DNA of 64,000 nucleotides from Balanoglossus misakiensis (Eukaryota > Animalia > Hemichordata), in the NCBI GenBank assembly GCA_040954595.2, contig CM082577.2, forward strand, positions 9,201,846-9,265,845, given 5' to 3'. Under the pieces are notes generated by a model. The model saw only the letters and a program-made list of their open reading frames with translations, had not been told where the DNA came from and did not search any database. Shown in pieces: positions 52,458 through 64,000 of this stretch (positions are counted from its first letter, which is position 1; the number at the start of each line of letters is the position of its first letter). The translations under genes were made by a program, and so were the position numbers.

Positions 52458-53247
52458 ATGATTTATACATGGATACACGCTCACATATATAGTTGTTATA
52501 AGTTTTCCAACAACGCGTAATTAACAAAGCTGACGAGATCGAGAGAAGATCATGGATATTGATATTCCTGCATTTTGTATTTGATAACCTGCATTCGGCA
52601 TTGGTTGACCAGACCACACCACGTATACTATTGCCACAGTACAAGTTTACCTGACCATCATCAATTACATAATTATCTTTAAACGGACACATTTTTCATA
52701 CGCATATGTTTTTCTGGTGAACTTGACTTTGCAACCATTAGTGAGAACATTCAAGCCTAACATGGATTCGATCACGGATTTGTGTGGCTTCTGTATTTGT
52801 ATTGTAGGACCGTAATGTTGGGAGTGTTGGGGTCCACGCCCCCTTTCAATTCCAGCTCATACGCAGCGGGGTCATCGGGTTGAGGAACTTATAGTCCCGC
52901 TGTCTGTAATGGGATATTGTTTAATAATCCCATGCACCAGTCTGGACAGACTGTAAACAAATGCGAACTATAGGATTTAATACAAAACAACCCAGGTCAT
53001 CCTGACCTGGGCAACCGCAGACGAGCTGCCAAAGTGAGTTTGCGGGCTGTCAGTGTCATCGATGTCGAGTTGCAGATTTGACAAGGGTGGTGATGCCAAT
53101 TATGGGAAGAATAAACATGGAACCGTACACAAATTATTGACCTTACCCTACGAAAAGTACGCTCAGGACCAACAGAGTCCCGACGGAATACGAGAATCTG
53201 CGATGTCTTTTACAGAGGGCAACTACCTCTGTTTTGAACTCCGCCAT
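41441..53247 (-). CDS. SNX14: Sorting nexin-14 (TM-TM-PXA-RGS-PX-PXC), many short exons
   Basis: Starts MAEFKTEVV at 53247. Recognised exons: YMHILLIGWSFVAGVVSTY (TM2), WYRDLSADEQF (PXA), FMEFMKTEGSLNVLQFCLSVEDFN (RGS), KLGNRIKGVFRS, RRYPEFYVLESKLTEFHG (PX) and QCPRLNKQLSYVLLDIVLLELFPELE (PXC). Last exon 41464-41441 reads ERTSVHL*. Not every exon boundary was traced. Confidence 0.93.
47837..47868. promoter_or_regulatory. Tandem RFX X-box motifs inside an SNX14 intron
   Basis: ATTACCACGGCAAC (47837-47850) is followed by the consensus-matching GTTACCATGGCAAC (47855-47868). Confidence 0.5.
52424..52453. repeat. (TA)n microsatellite immediately upstream of an SNX14 acceptor
   Basis: Visible directly. 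Confidence 0.95.
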
Positions 53248-53974
53248 ATTGAAAAATATGTTTGTTGTTTTTCATCATCGACGGCCGGGGGCGCTGTTCA
53301 CAACAGTGAAAGTATATCACGCACGGACCGGACGGACACTGTCACCAAGTAGCTCTGGAGAAATCTATTTCTAACACCAAGCGGAAAGTGTTGGGAGTTT
53401 TAATGACGCCACCAACACTTTCTGAACTAAAGGCTGTTGCACCCGACCTGAGAGAAATTGGCAGAGAAGAAAGTCATTCGAATAATTGTATTCAACAAAT
53501 TTCTTTTTATGTGCGGGCGATTTTTGTTGAGATCGTTTTACTTTTGTGTCATTGAGGAAATGCGTTTGATATTTTTTCCTGCCGAAGAAAATTACTCAAG
53601 ACGTGATTAATTAATCCTGGGTAAAGTGCATGTTTCGCCAAAAACAACATACTGATCATTTAATAATACAAATGTATTTTACATTGACTCAAAATATTTA
53701 TGCAAAAGTTAAAAAAGAGATGAAGTTAGTAGCACGTCCGAATTTAGACATAAATTGACCGTTATTTTTTCAATTATACAAATCATAAACCAGCAGATAG
53801 TAGGCCTGGTATTCATTCATAATCAGTCTAATTACTGACTACGATAGGTAGAAAGATTTGTGCAAATTATTGTCACAAGTGACATCCCCGACAAAAAACA
53901 CCAGCCATGAGCGTAACACGGCAGCTTTTACCCACAATCCTTCACGCCATTCATAACGCCCATAGTACACGAAA

Positions 53975-56900
53975 ATGGCTGAGCGCGACAACACCACTCT
54001 CTGCCTCTTCGATGTCGACGGCACGTTGACGCCGGCGAGACTGGTAAGTGCCGTCACATGGTTTGCTTTGCGCGAATTCATCAATGTGTGAAGCCAACTG
54101 TGCAAAGATCGTAGGCGAGCAGGGCACCACGGCGCGATGAGCACTTTTCAAGCGCTGCAGCTGAGCAGAGCCACGTCAACGCGATCAACGAGCTCCCCCT
54201 GTACAGTGTGTGTGCGCTTCCTGGTCCACATGCGTCCCCGCCCATTCATTGAAACGATTTCACTGGCCATCGTATAATTCAGTTCTTCACGACAGTAATC
54301 CCTACACGTATTCTTGCTCAAGAAGCAATATTTTAATCAAAGATATCGCAAACCACTGCCATTCCTCCGAAGCAATGTACGTTTCAAAACTTGTTGATTG
54401 CAGACATGAGTACAGCCAGGTACACAATGTACTTGGGGGCTCGACTGCTTTTCTGCGTTGTGATTGGTCAGCGCTGTGCACTGTGGCGATTGTATGATAA
54501 AATCTGGCAAGGTCACTAGGGTCGCGCGTCGAAAATATGACGACACCCGTCAACAAGGTTACAACAGCATGCCTACGAGTACATGCACTTTGTACTGTCA
54601 GTCAAAAACGAACAATGGTGTTTTTTCCAACATATTAGGACAAACAAGCCTGTTTGTCAAAGTTTGATCAACAGAAAGTTGAACTGAAGTTCGATAATGG
54701 AGCTATATCTTCACAAATAAAACTCCAACAGGTTCATCCCACCTGCAAGGTGTTTTTCCAGTTATTGCGCTCTCCAGTTTCCCCATCCTAAATTTACTTG
54801 TCAAATAGTTTGGCAAGTTTGCCGGTCCCAAAAACACATGAAGTTGTTGATTGATATTTTATCAACAGGTACAGGTTGACTTTTTAAACAACACATCAAT
54901 TTTTTTTCAGTGTTTCATCCAACTCAATTATTGTCTTCATGTTTCCTTTTTGTACCTTAACGACAATCTGTCCATTTTGTATCTTTTCTGCAGCTAATAA
55001 CTCCTGAGATGAGAGATTTCCTTCTGGACTTGCGCAATAAAGTTGTCATCGGTATCGTCGGAGGGTCGGACTTCGTCAAAATTGCCGAGCAAATGGGAGG
55101 CAGCGAGTTCATCTTGAACAATTTCCAGTACGTCTTCTCAGAGAATGGGTTGGTGGCTTACAAGAACGGAGAGATGATCGGGAAACAGGTAGGCATGCAT
55201 TAACAGCCTTTTTTGGCCCTTTCACCACCATAGATTGGTCCAACTGCATTGTTTTATTAAGGATGTACGTTCAGTAAAATTGAAAGTATTGTCGTTTATT
55301 TTAATTGTTGATTTTTGGATTATCCTATGTATGTATAATGAAAATCCGTAATAAAATATAGGGGTCACCGAGCTTGTTTTTGAAATACAGAGCCATGAAT
55401 TTAGTCGATAATAGAAGAAAACTGCTGACTCGGCATTTTTCACCAATGGTTGTCTATGGGCAAATAAAAAACTATATAGGAAAAAAGACAATTTAAAGCT
55501 GAATGGGTTTCAAAGTGTGGTCTGCGAGCAATGAGAAACCAAATCCCTCAACAGCCTGTGCGATGCTTGATTGTGGGTGCCCTTAAATCTATTGTCTTTA
55601 ATACCATGGCAGTTTTCACAGCTGTCTGTCGACATTGTCCAGGTCACAACAGACAGTAGAAATTTTACTCAAAACACGGCACAAAATACATCTAATGTCT
55701 ACGCAGAAATGACACTTTATTGCAATAGGAAAGAAGCAATCACAATATACTACTTTTTACATATTTTTTACTTGATAGTAAAAAAGAAAGTTCAAATTTC
55801 AAGCATTTTATTCGATTTTGAAATTAATGAAGAGTTAGACTGAACTACTTTGTGTGAATTAAAGTGTACGAAAAATGGTTAGAATTGGAGAAATTAAAGA
55901 CCATAATTTATGAAATTGAATCAGGTAAAAGTATTCTAAGTCTGACATGACGCATGAATTCATCCACACCGTAAATTATGATACAGTATTTTTTTTGTCA
56001 CATGTGGCATATGGTGCCGGCCACAGATGGATCAGACGTTGCTATGAACATAAATTTCAGTTCTAAAACAAAATTTTCATAAATCAAATATATTCAAATC
56101 AGCTTAAATTAATTGCAAACAGGTGATACCATCTCATCCAATTTTCTCTTAATGTATTCTATGGATGAATTAATGTACCATTGCTTTGTTCTATAACTTA
56201 GCATTTTCCTTGCAGTACCTTGTTTGATCTGTCAGCAGAGAAAATCTTAATTTAAATGTCTATTTAATTAATCTGTACATGTAATAATATTAGGCAAGAT
56301 TTCCTTTATTTATTTATTTATTTATTTATTCATTCATTCATTCATTCATTCATTCATTCACTCACTCATTCATTCATTCATTCATTCATTCACTCAGTAA
56401 TCCATCCATCCATCCATCTGTCCATCCATCCATTTATGATTTATGATAGCTTTATTTTACATTTTAATAACCAATCATGTAATTTTGCATATCTCCTGTG
56501 CCACTTAATCTAACGGTATTTGATTCATTCAATATTGCAGAACATACAGAAATATTTGGGCGAAGACACCGTCCAAAAATTCATCAACTTTTCCTTGCGG
56601 TACATGTCAGAGCTCACACTCCCAGTGAAGAGGTCAGTTATTTCCAGTAATTTGAACTTGCTTTTCAACATTTTTCTCTGATAATGGTTTCTGTGCCAGA
56701 ACACAATAAGTAGAATCATAAAATGTCACCCTGTCATACTAGATAGAGGTGTGATTTCCATCCATTACAGTAATTTTACATCAATTGCATCTCAGAGACT
56801 TGTTCTTGCTTAATATTAATGTTGACGATGTATTTCACTACAGGGGCACATTTGTAGAATTTCGAAGCGGTCTGATCAACTTGTGTCCTGTGGGCCGAAG

Positions 56901-57956
56901 CTGTTCTCAGGAGGAAAGGATACAGTTTAATCAACTGGACCAGGTGGGTAGTCTAGTGTGTACACCCCTCAACCTACCAAAACTTTGGTCACGCCCAAAT
57001 GTTGTCAGTTGTGTGGAAGGATAAGTAAATCGTGAAATGGGATGACTACTGACGCCAGAGTCTCTTTCTCTAATTCTCCCTGATTTACTGTTCTTTGTTT
57101 TTGCATAAATGTTTCTGACATTGTCAGGTGTATTTTTGCAACCAAATGTTTTGATTTTATAATTCTTGGATCTTTAATATGAACAATAAATATGGTGTTA
57201 TTTGCAGAGAATTTGAGATTGATTTCTCAAGATATACTTATTTCCAGAAAGAAAAGATAAGAGAAAAGTTTGTGGAGGCTCTAAGGAAGGAGTTCACAGA
57301 CGCAGGACTTGTGTTTTCCATTGGTAAATATGCTTCTCACGGTCAATTTTAAAAGAAATACCATTTGGGGATGAAAGTAACTACCCTGTGCAGTTGTGAT
57401 TAATTTTACATTGAAATGCAGTAAAGTTATTTCAGAATTGATATACATATATTATTTTAAGTTTTGTGATATCTTAATTTTACACCAGGTGGGCAAATAA
57501 GCATTGACGCCTTTCCGAAGGGCTGGGACAAGACATACTGCTTGAATCACCTAGAAAACGAAGGCTTCAAAACCATCCATTTCTATGGGGACAAAACAAT
57601 GAAGGTAGAAAACAGTCGCTTTCTTTCAAATGTGAAGTTATTATTCTTAAATTCCTCGGCTATCTCACCTTCATGTTGCTGTATCAGATTTTCAAGTGGA
57701 GGTCTGACTTTTTAAAAAGGTGTTTGCAATATTGTATATTAATTTCAAGATTAACTTGTTGTTTGGTTAACTTGATATCCACTGGAGGAAAGCCAGACCA
57801 TCACCATTGGAAATTTCACTGAATATTAACATATCACATGATTTCTCTGCACAGGGTGGGAATGATTACGAGATCTTTGCAGATCCCAGAACAGTTGGCC
57901 ACACTGTGACTGGACCCAGCGACACCATGAAGCAATTGAAAGAACAGTTTTATTGA
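53975..57956 (+). CDS. PMM2: Phosphomannomutase (PMM1/PMM2 family, HAD), 7 coding exons
   Basis: Exons 53975-54043, 54994-55188, 56541-56632, 56844-56943, 57248-57323, 57489-57604, 57855-57956. Motifs [50 protein letters not shown] and [12 protein letters not shown]. Likely the single pro-orthologue of vertebrate PMM1/2. Confidence 0.96.
56305..56432. repeat. Compound microsatellite (TTTA)n(TTCA)n(TCCA)n in a PMM intron
   Basis: Visible directly. Confidence 0.92.
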
Positions 57957-58762
57957 AAGAAATGTGCTTTAAAATCCAACTTATTTTTCACACTATGATT
58001 GTCTTCCAGTAATTTCTCGGATCATGGTGAAAATTCTCAAGGTGCATTTATTTTACCAAGTCTCAGGTGTTCTGCATGTACAAAAAGAGTACTTCAGTAA
58101 TGTAGAACATGAAATTATTGCCGACGATTAATGTTTAGGGGGCATAGAAAAATTTTGAGTCGTGCAGTCGTCCAGCTCACATGTTCGAGATTCACACGGT
58201 GAGTTTAAACACCCACAAAACTTTTTAACCAATGGTCACAATCTAACAATGATTTTGCACGTAATATGATTCTTTGTAAATGCCTTCATAACAGCAACAA
58301 TAGGGATTAGTAAAAAATTGACTTGGTTTGTCAATTTGATTATTGTACAAGTAATATCGTAAGTGTTTATAGTGGGAAATTTTCAAGGTATTATGACTTT
58401 TATTGGAGCGAATCTTAATGGGTATACATACTGGTAATTTCAAGCACTGTACTAAAACATATTCGGATACATAATCTCATAGTTCTCAAAGGAGAATTTC
58501 TTTAACCTTAGGAAGAATATTGTTCATAATCTCTTCAGCTCTGTACGTCTTCTTTTTCCCGCTGCGAAAGTTATCAAGAATAATTGACTGAAATATTTCA
58601 TTCCAGAAGAATATTCTCTGCCAGTTTTAAGGCAGAAGCCTTGCAGTATTGACACACCTGTTCCTGTATCTGGGGGAAAGTATCAGGATTGGCACTGTTG
58701 TCAAGTTTGTGAATGTTACAGGCACAAGTCCAGCCATGTAATGGATACATAGACTTTTTACA

Positions 58763-58834
58763 GTGGCATCCCATATATTAAAGGGCAACGATCGTCTCGT
58801 GGCATTCCATATATTAAAGGGCAACGATCGTCTC
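58763..58834. repeat. 36-bp tandem duplication
   Basis: GTGGCATYCCATATATTAAAGGGCAACGATCGTCTC occurs twice with one mismatch. Confidence 0.92.
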
Positions 58835-60678
58835 ATGCCCATGTGCCAAACCAGAGACTCTGGTTACAAAAAATTTATACAATCAATGCCATAAGACAGT
58901 GCTGTTGGCGTAACAACAGACAAGATGGCGTCGACCGTTGTCTCAGTGTGTCAGCGATCGGGAAAAGACCACAAATTAGGTGAAAAGAAGGGACAAAACT
59001 AAAGTCTACTGATGCAGTGCGTATGAAATGTGGAGGGAAGCGAAAGCAGTGTGCTATTTGAACGCATCAAACACAATATTTGCAGAACAGTCTGATTGGA
59101 AATGGTGACGGAAAATGTCTATGGTTCATCTCCTTGACCTTGTCATTCACGTCAAGACAGTGAATAATGAAAAATTCAGATACTGTGGGAATCGAAACTG
59201 ATGTGTAATTGTGCAATATAGCAACAAATTTTTATATTCAAATGTAATATTGAGAACAATGTATTCAATAAAAAGATATAGCAAATCTACATTTAATAAT
59301 GTTGAGTCATTATTATTTTGAAGGACAACAATCGGGGAGATGGAATATCAATATTAAAGTTTACATGAAAGTTTGGTGTGTTTTATAGAGGTGATGAGTC
59401 AGAGACCAGACACAGCCTCGATTTTTATATACTGGAGCACACTACGGCCCCGGATTCGGTTCCCCGGGCACCTGTGCTTGAACAGGAAACTTTTGCACAT
59501 CGAGATTCTTCTCCCAGTCTGTATTTCTCCCTCTTCTGGTGGCCGACATTAGAGAGACGTAGTTACCCGTACGTCTAATGTGAGAACATCGCGTATCCCC
59601 GATTTAAACAAGTTTAGTTATCGTTCTCCGTGTACCTGTGTAAAATGAAAGAATTTCGCCTCCAAATCGTAGAAGGGTGTTATCGTGATATTCGAAAAAA
59701 AAAAAAAAGTTTGAAAAAAAATCGATGTATTAATGAAGAAAACCCTTTTCCACGTTGAAGCAATGTTATCTGTTAATCACGTGACAATGACATTTCGCAT
59801 AATTATTTGGCCGTAATTACGTGTAACCAAACATCTCTCGAAGGGTGTTGGAACCTGGGATATACCCGAAGAGCGCCCTCGTATTTGTGAAACAAAAATC
59901 ATCCACACAGAACCCAATATAATAATACTATGTTTATTTAATCAGTACTCCTGGCCTCCAAACAAATTATACAAGGCAGTGTAAACAGTTCAAAAACTTG
60001 TCAGTATTTAACAAATAAATGTATCATTTCTGAATACTTGTGTACATATAACTCAATTATGTCGTCAAATTTATCCGCGAGTTTAGTTGCATAGAAAATG
60101 TACAGACTAAGTTTCTCAAAGTATCTGCATTGGGAGATGACAAAAGTGAATTAAACTTGTACAGGACTGTACAGAACCGAATATACTTTGTTACTAAAGA
60201 CAAGTGTATCTGGCCTAAGATGAGATGTAGTCGTGTGACAGTGCTATCTGTTGTGTAAACACTGGTGATGCCACGTGCCTCGCGAAAATTCTAGTGTTCT
60301 GATTGTGAAGGTACTTTCTTGTGAAATGAGCGCAAAAAAAAAAAAAACTTGCACGGAATGTCACATCTTCTTACTACCTTTCTTCCTGGTCCGCATCACC
60401 TGTACCAGACACATCTTTGTCATCTGTATGAAGGAGAAAAAAAAGAAGAATTAAATTTGTGCTTCATAAGGTTGACATAGACAAGGTTATTTCAGCACAG
60501 TCAACTAGAGCAGAAGTTACTTCAGCCCTTCATTTCAAAGGAACTTCGTTACAAGAAAATATGGGTTTGGCGAATTGGTCCTCTAACTTCTAGAACCTTT
60601 GCTAAACATTACCAGTGTGAGGTATCATCGTTGACTTCTCCAGTGTTGGGCACCTTGGTAACCAAATAGGTGCGTTGA

Positions 60679-63600
60679 CTACTTGTTGTTCTCAGGTGTT
60701 TTGTCTTTAAAATCAGCTACGGAAATGAGGGAAGTGACTGAAGGATGTGAGAAAAACGGTTGGTCTGAATGTTTGCATTTCACAAACACAGTCTCAGAAT
60801 TTGCTTTATCTATTCGTCTTATTACATTGAGCTTACCATCAATGATTTCTTCTAGAACTTCTGTTAATTTGGGCTCACATGACTCGAATGTCTCAGTTGA
60901 CTCACTTGAAGTGCTGGAGGCCTTTGGAGATTTCACGTCTGAAACAAAATGGTACAATTAAGCAATAACCCCTGCCGCAGTGTATACCTGAATGAGGCGG
61001 GGGTTATTAAAGTTACGAACGCGAACCAACATGGCGACGATGAATGTAAACACGAGCGTCCGGAATCGAGCATTAATCAGACGACAAAAAGACTGACAAG
61101 ACAGGCAAGACATCTCAACCAACATCTCTCCATCAATATGCAAGTATAGAACATCTATCAGTGGGTTATTCTAAAGTGTGGTTTCTGTCAAAGATGCCTT
61201 GACCCGACAAACCCACCTGTCGGTGATGCTGGTGGTTGCAAGGAGTCATCTTTGCAGGATTCAGACTCTTCACTTTGTTTCCCCGGCGACGCCCTCACGT
61301 ACAGCCTCTGGACTTCTTCAAACTTGGCCTTGAAATCCGCTGCGACCTCCGGATTTTTAAATCTGGCGGCCAAATGTTCATGAGATGGCACATCCCCTGC
61401 CGCGTCCATGGCATTCCAGACCCAGGAGCTGTTGGAGTTCTTCAAAGGTCTCAACGCCGTCTCCGGTGTTATGAAGTGGTTGGCGCACACTACTTTGGAC
61501 AACTGGTCTCTCCTCATGAGGATGCGGACACGCCCGCTCTCCCTATGTTTCAGGATCTTCAACTCTCCGGCGCCGGCCCTCTTCTTCCACTGCTTCAGGA
61601 CAGTGTCGAACCTGTACAGATCGGCTCTGTGGCAGGACACGGCCTCTTCGTTCTCTTCCCCGGTGATCACATCGACGTTCTCGGGCAGGCGCGTGATGGG
61701 CTCGAAGTGGTTGCTGTCCCCGTCGTCTTCAGACTTGTAGTAACTCTCATCTTGGGAGTCGTTGCCTCTCACGTTTTGAGAGCTGGCTGTATCCTCGGTC
61801 TGCTTGGGGCTCAAGGCGGTTCCCAAGTCCTTCGCAAACCCAAAGCCTGAACTGCACGAACTTGAGGCCAGTTCAGCAAAATATGGCACTTCTAACTTCA
61901 GAGGGGGTGGTGGCTTGGCAGGAGACTGACTAGAAGCGAAAGCAAAAGTACTGGGAGTCGTAGGTGTGATAGTGGTGCTGCTTACTTCATGGTGTTCATC
62001 CTCTGCACTGGATTCCCCTAATCCACCTAGAACAAATTTTGGAGTAAAACTGAAAGTTGACTTTGTGTCAACAGAAGGCTTGGTCGTCGTTACTGGTGGA
62101 CCGAAGCTGAACCCACTGCTCTGGGTGCTGGCAACCGAGAAGACAACATTTCCTGCTTGGCCCAACTTGAATGGTGTGCCCTCCAATCGTCCTGTGGTAG
62201 TGGCTGCTGTCTTTGGGACCATGTCGAAAGAAGGCTTGGTCGTCGTTACTGGTGCACCCAAGCTGGACCAAAGGCTCTGGGTGCTGGCAACCGAGATGCC
62301 AGCATTTCCTGATTGGCCGAGCTTGAGTGGTGTGCCCTCCAATCCAGTCGTGGTAGTGGCTGCTGTCTGGGGGCCCGTGTCGAAAGAAGGCTTGGTCGTC
62401 GTTACTGGTGCACCCAAGCTGGACCAAAGGCTCTGGGTGCTGGCAACCGAGATGCCAGCATTTCCTGATTGGCCGAGCTTGAGTGGTGTGCCCTCCAATC
62501 CACCTGTGGTAGTGGCTGCTGTCTGGGGGGATGCCCCGAAGTTGAATCCACTATCACCGCCAGAGTGTGCTTCAAACTTCAGTGCCGGGCTGAGCGGCGT
62601 CGTCGACGACACATCCGATTCCGAAGATTTCAGCCCAGGTCTTTTGGTACCACAGGCCACGCAGCTCTTTCCGTCAGCCTTGTTGCGTACCAGACAACCA
62701 TCACACTCCCACCGTCCAGGTTTCAGGGCATCGCACGCTTCGCATGCTTTGGCACTGTTTGGATTGCGTGCTGAGCACTTCTCACATTGCCAAGTGGTCG
62801 GTTCGACTTTGAAGAAGATACCTCCACTTCTCTGAAAGTCATAATCATGAAACAAATCACTCGAGGGCATATGACAAAAGGAAAGTTCATGCCTCTTTCC
62901 AGCGTTTTATTTTGTCGCATACAGTAACAAACTTGTTCTACTCATCGAGTTATGTTGAATCCCCAGAGTTTGAATCGTGTATGCGTACCAGACAGGAACT
63001 GATTGCAGTCTGAATGATTATGCAAACAAAAACGTGGTACTATATTAATCATCAACTTCAAACCGGTACATATCAGTCAAATTATAATGTCATAGTCATG
63101 CGTTGTGAACATAAAAGACATCTAGACACTGCAACATTCCAGGGGAGTGCAGCAGTAAAGAAGCCGATCAAAACAAAACAAAAAATTAATACAAGAAATT
63201 CAAGAAAGCCAATATATCCTCTGCTATGAAAAGTTATGAACAAGTTTAATCGGGTCACCTTGAGAAGCGTTAAATAGTAGGAGTGTATAGAAGTTAAGTT
63301 ATAATCCTGAAGGTGCGCTGATCCAGCAGAAAACAATACCTAACTAGTAAGATGATGTACCTTTTCGACCTGCACCGCTGGTTCTCTTGGTGCGTCACAC
63401 GCAGCACATACGCTAACAGTTGTTTTGTTGCTCACTAGGCATTCAACACACTGCCATAATTCGGGTTTCGATTTCAACGATTCTCCCTCTTTCTGAAAAT
63501 TGCCATCAAATTTTCATTCAATTAGTATCAAGTACACCCAGGGGTAATCAGCCCCCCCCCCCCTCAACGGTACAGCTGCGTGACCACAGCTAGTAGAATA

Positions 63601-64000
63601 TATGAAATAAATGTCACTGACGTTTCACTTGCAGCTCAAAATGTCATTTCTTTTTCTTCAAGCAGTTGTGTCTATAAAAAATCTGTGATTTGGTCAGAAT
63701 TAAATCAGTGTTTCATTGGTGTCACAGAAGGTAGACCTTTATATGGTCTATGGCAATTTGTCTATATGTGAAAACCTTCATTCTATATTAGTTATGCATC
63801 CGTACCTTCAAAGCTTCCTCTGTGCCCACCAATCCAGTTGTGGTAGTGGCTGCTGTCTGGGGGCCCGTGTCGAAAGAGGGCTTGGTCGTCGTTACTGGTG
63901 CACCCAAGCTGGACCAAAGGCTCTGGGTGCTGGCAACCGAGAAGCCAGCATTTCCTGATTGGCCGAGCTTGACTGATGTGCCCTCCAATCCACCTGTGGT
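60679..64000 (-). CDS. RANBP2/Nup358-like protein, 3' part: RanBP2-type zinc fingers, 52-aa repeats and one diverged Ran-binding domain (5' end outside the window)
   Basis: In-phase exons >64000-63806, 63492-63361 (WQCVECLVSNKTTVSVCAACDAPR), 62831-61217 and 60938-60679 (stop TAG). The large exon encodes two W.C..C...N......C.AC fingers, the repeats and HFEP...TGEENE...LYRFD...ILMRRDQ...CANH...WVWNA.D...LAARFK. Confidence 0.8.
62064..62530 (-). repeat. Three tandem 156-bp coding repeats (52 aa), with further copies at 63828-64000
   Basis: The anchor GAAGGCTTGGTCGTCGTTACTGGTG recurs at 62074, 62230 and 62386 (period 156), and again with one mismatch near 63876. Confidence 0.95.

Noticed and set aside
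62064-62530. Regular repeats considered as a CRISPR-like array
   Set aside because: The units are contiguous, in-frame coding repeats with no unique spacers, in a eukaryotic context.
61236-62835. Long plus-strand ORFs (204 aa and 289 aa)
   Set aside because: Antisense shadows of the RANBP2-like exon and its repeats.

Overview
This is intron-rich eukaryotic (metazoan) genomic DNA, not prokaryotic. It most resembles an invertebrate deuterostome, possibly a hemichordate, but that is inference only. Eleven spliced protein-coding genes can be reconstructed. In order they are: a divergent inverted pair of CHST11-like sulfotransferases, RPL3(-), NDUFB10(+), TEKT4(-), a membrane-anchored JmjC/cupin protein(-), RPL18(-), RRS1(+), SNX14(-), PMM2(+), and the 3' part of a diverged, C-terminally truncated RANBP2/Nup358-like gene(-) that runs off the window end. 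Most genes form head-to-head pairs. Non-coding features include two U83/SNORD83-type box C/D snoRNAs in RPL3 introns, a candidate H/ACA snoRNA in RPL18, two GC-AG introns, a likely AS-NMD acceptor module in RPL3 intron 3, several MITEs, RFX X-box motifs and microsatellites. Most short ORFs in the supplied track are intron/exon chimeras or antisense shadows. No CRISPR arrays, tRNA or rRNA genes were seen. All identifications come from reading the sequence by eye and recalling protein families; no database searches were run.
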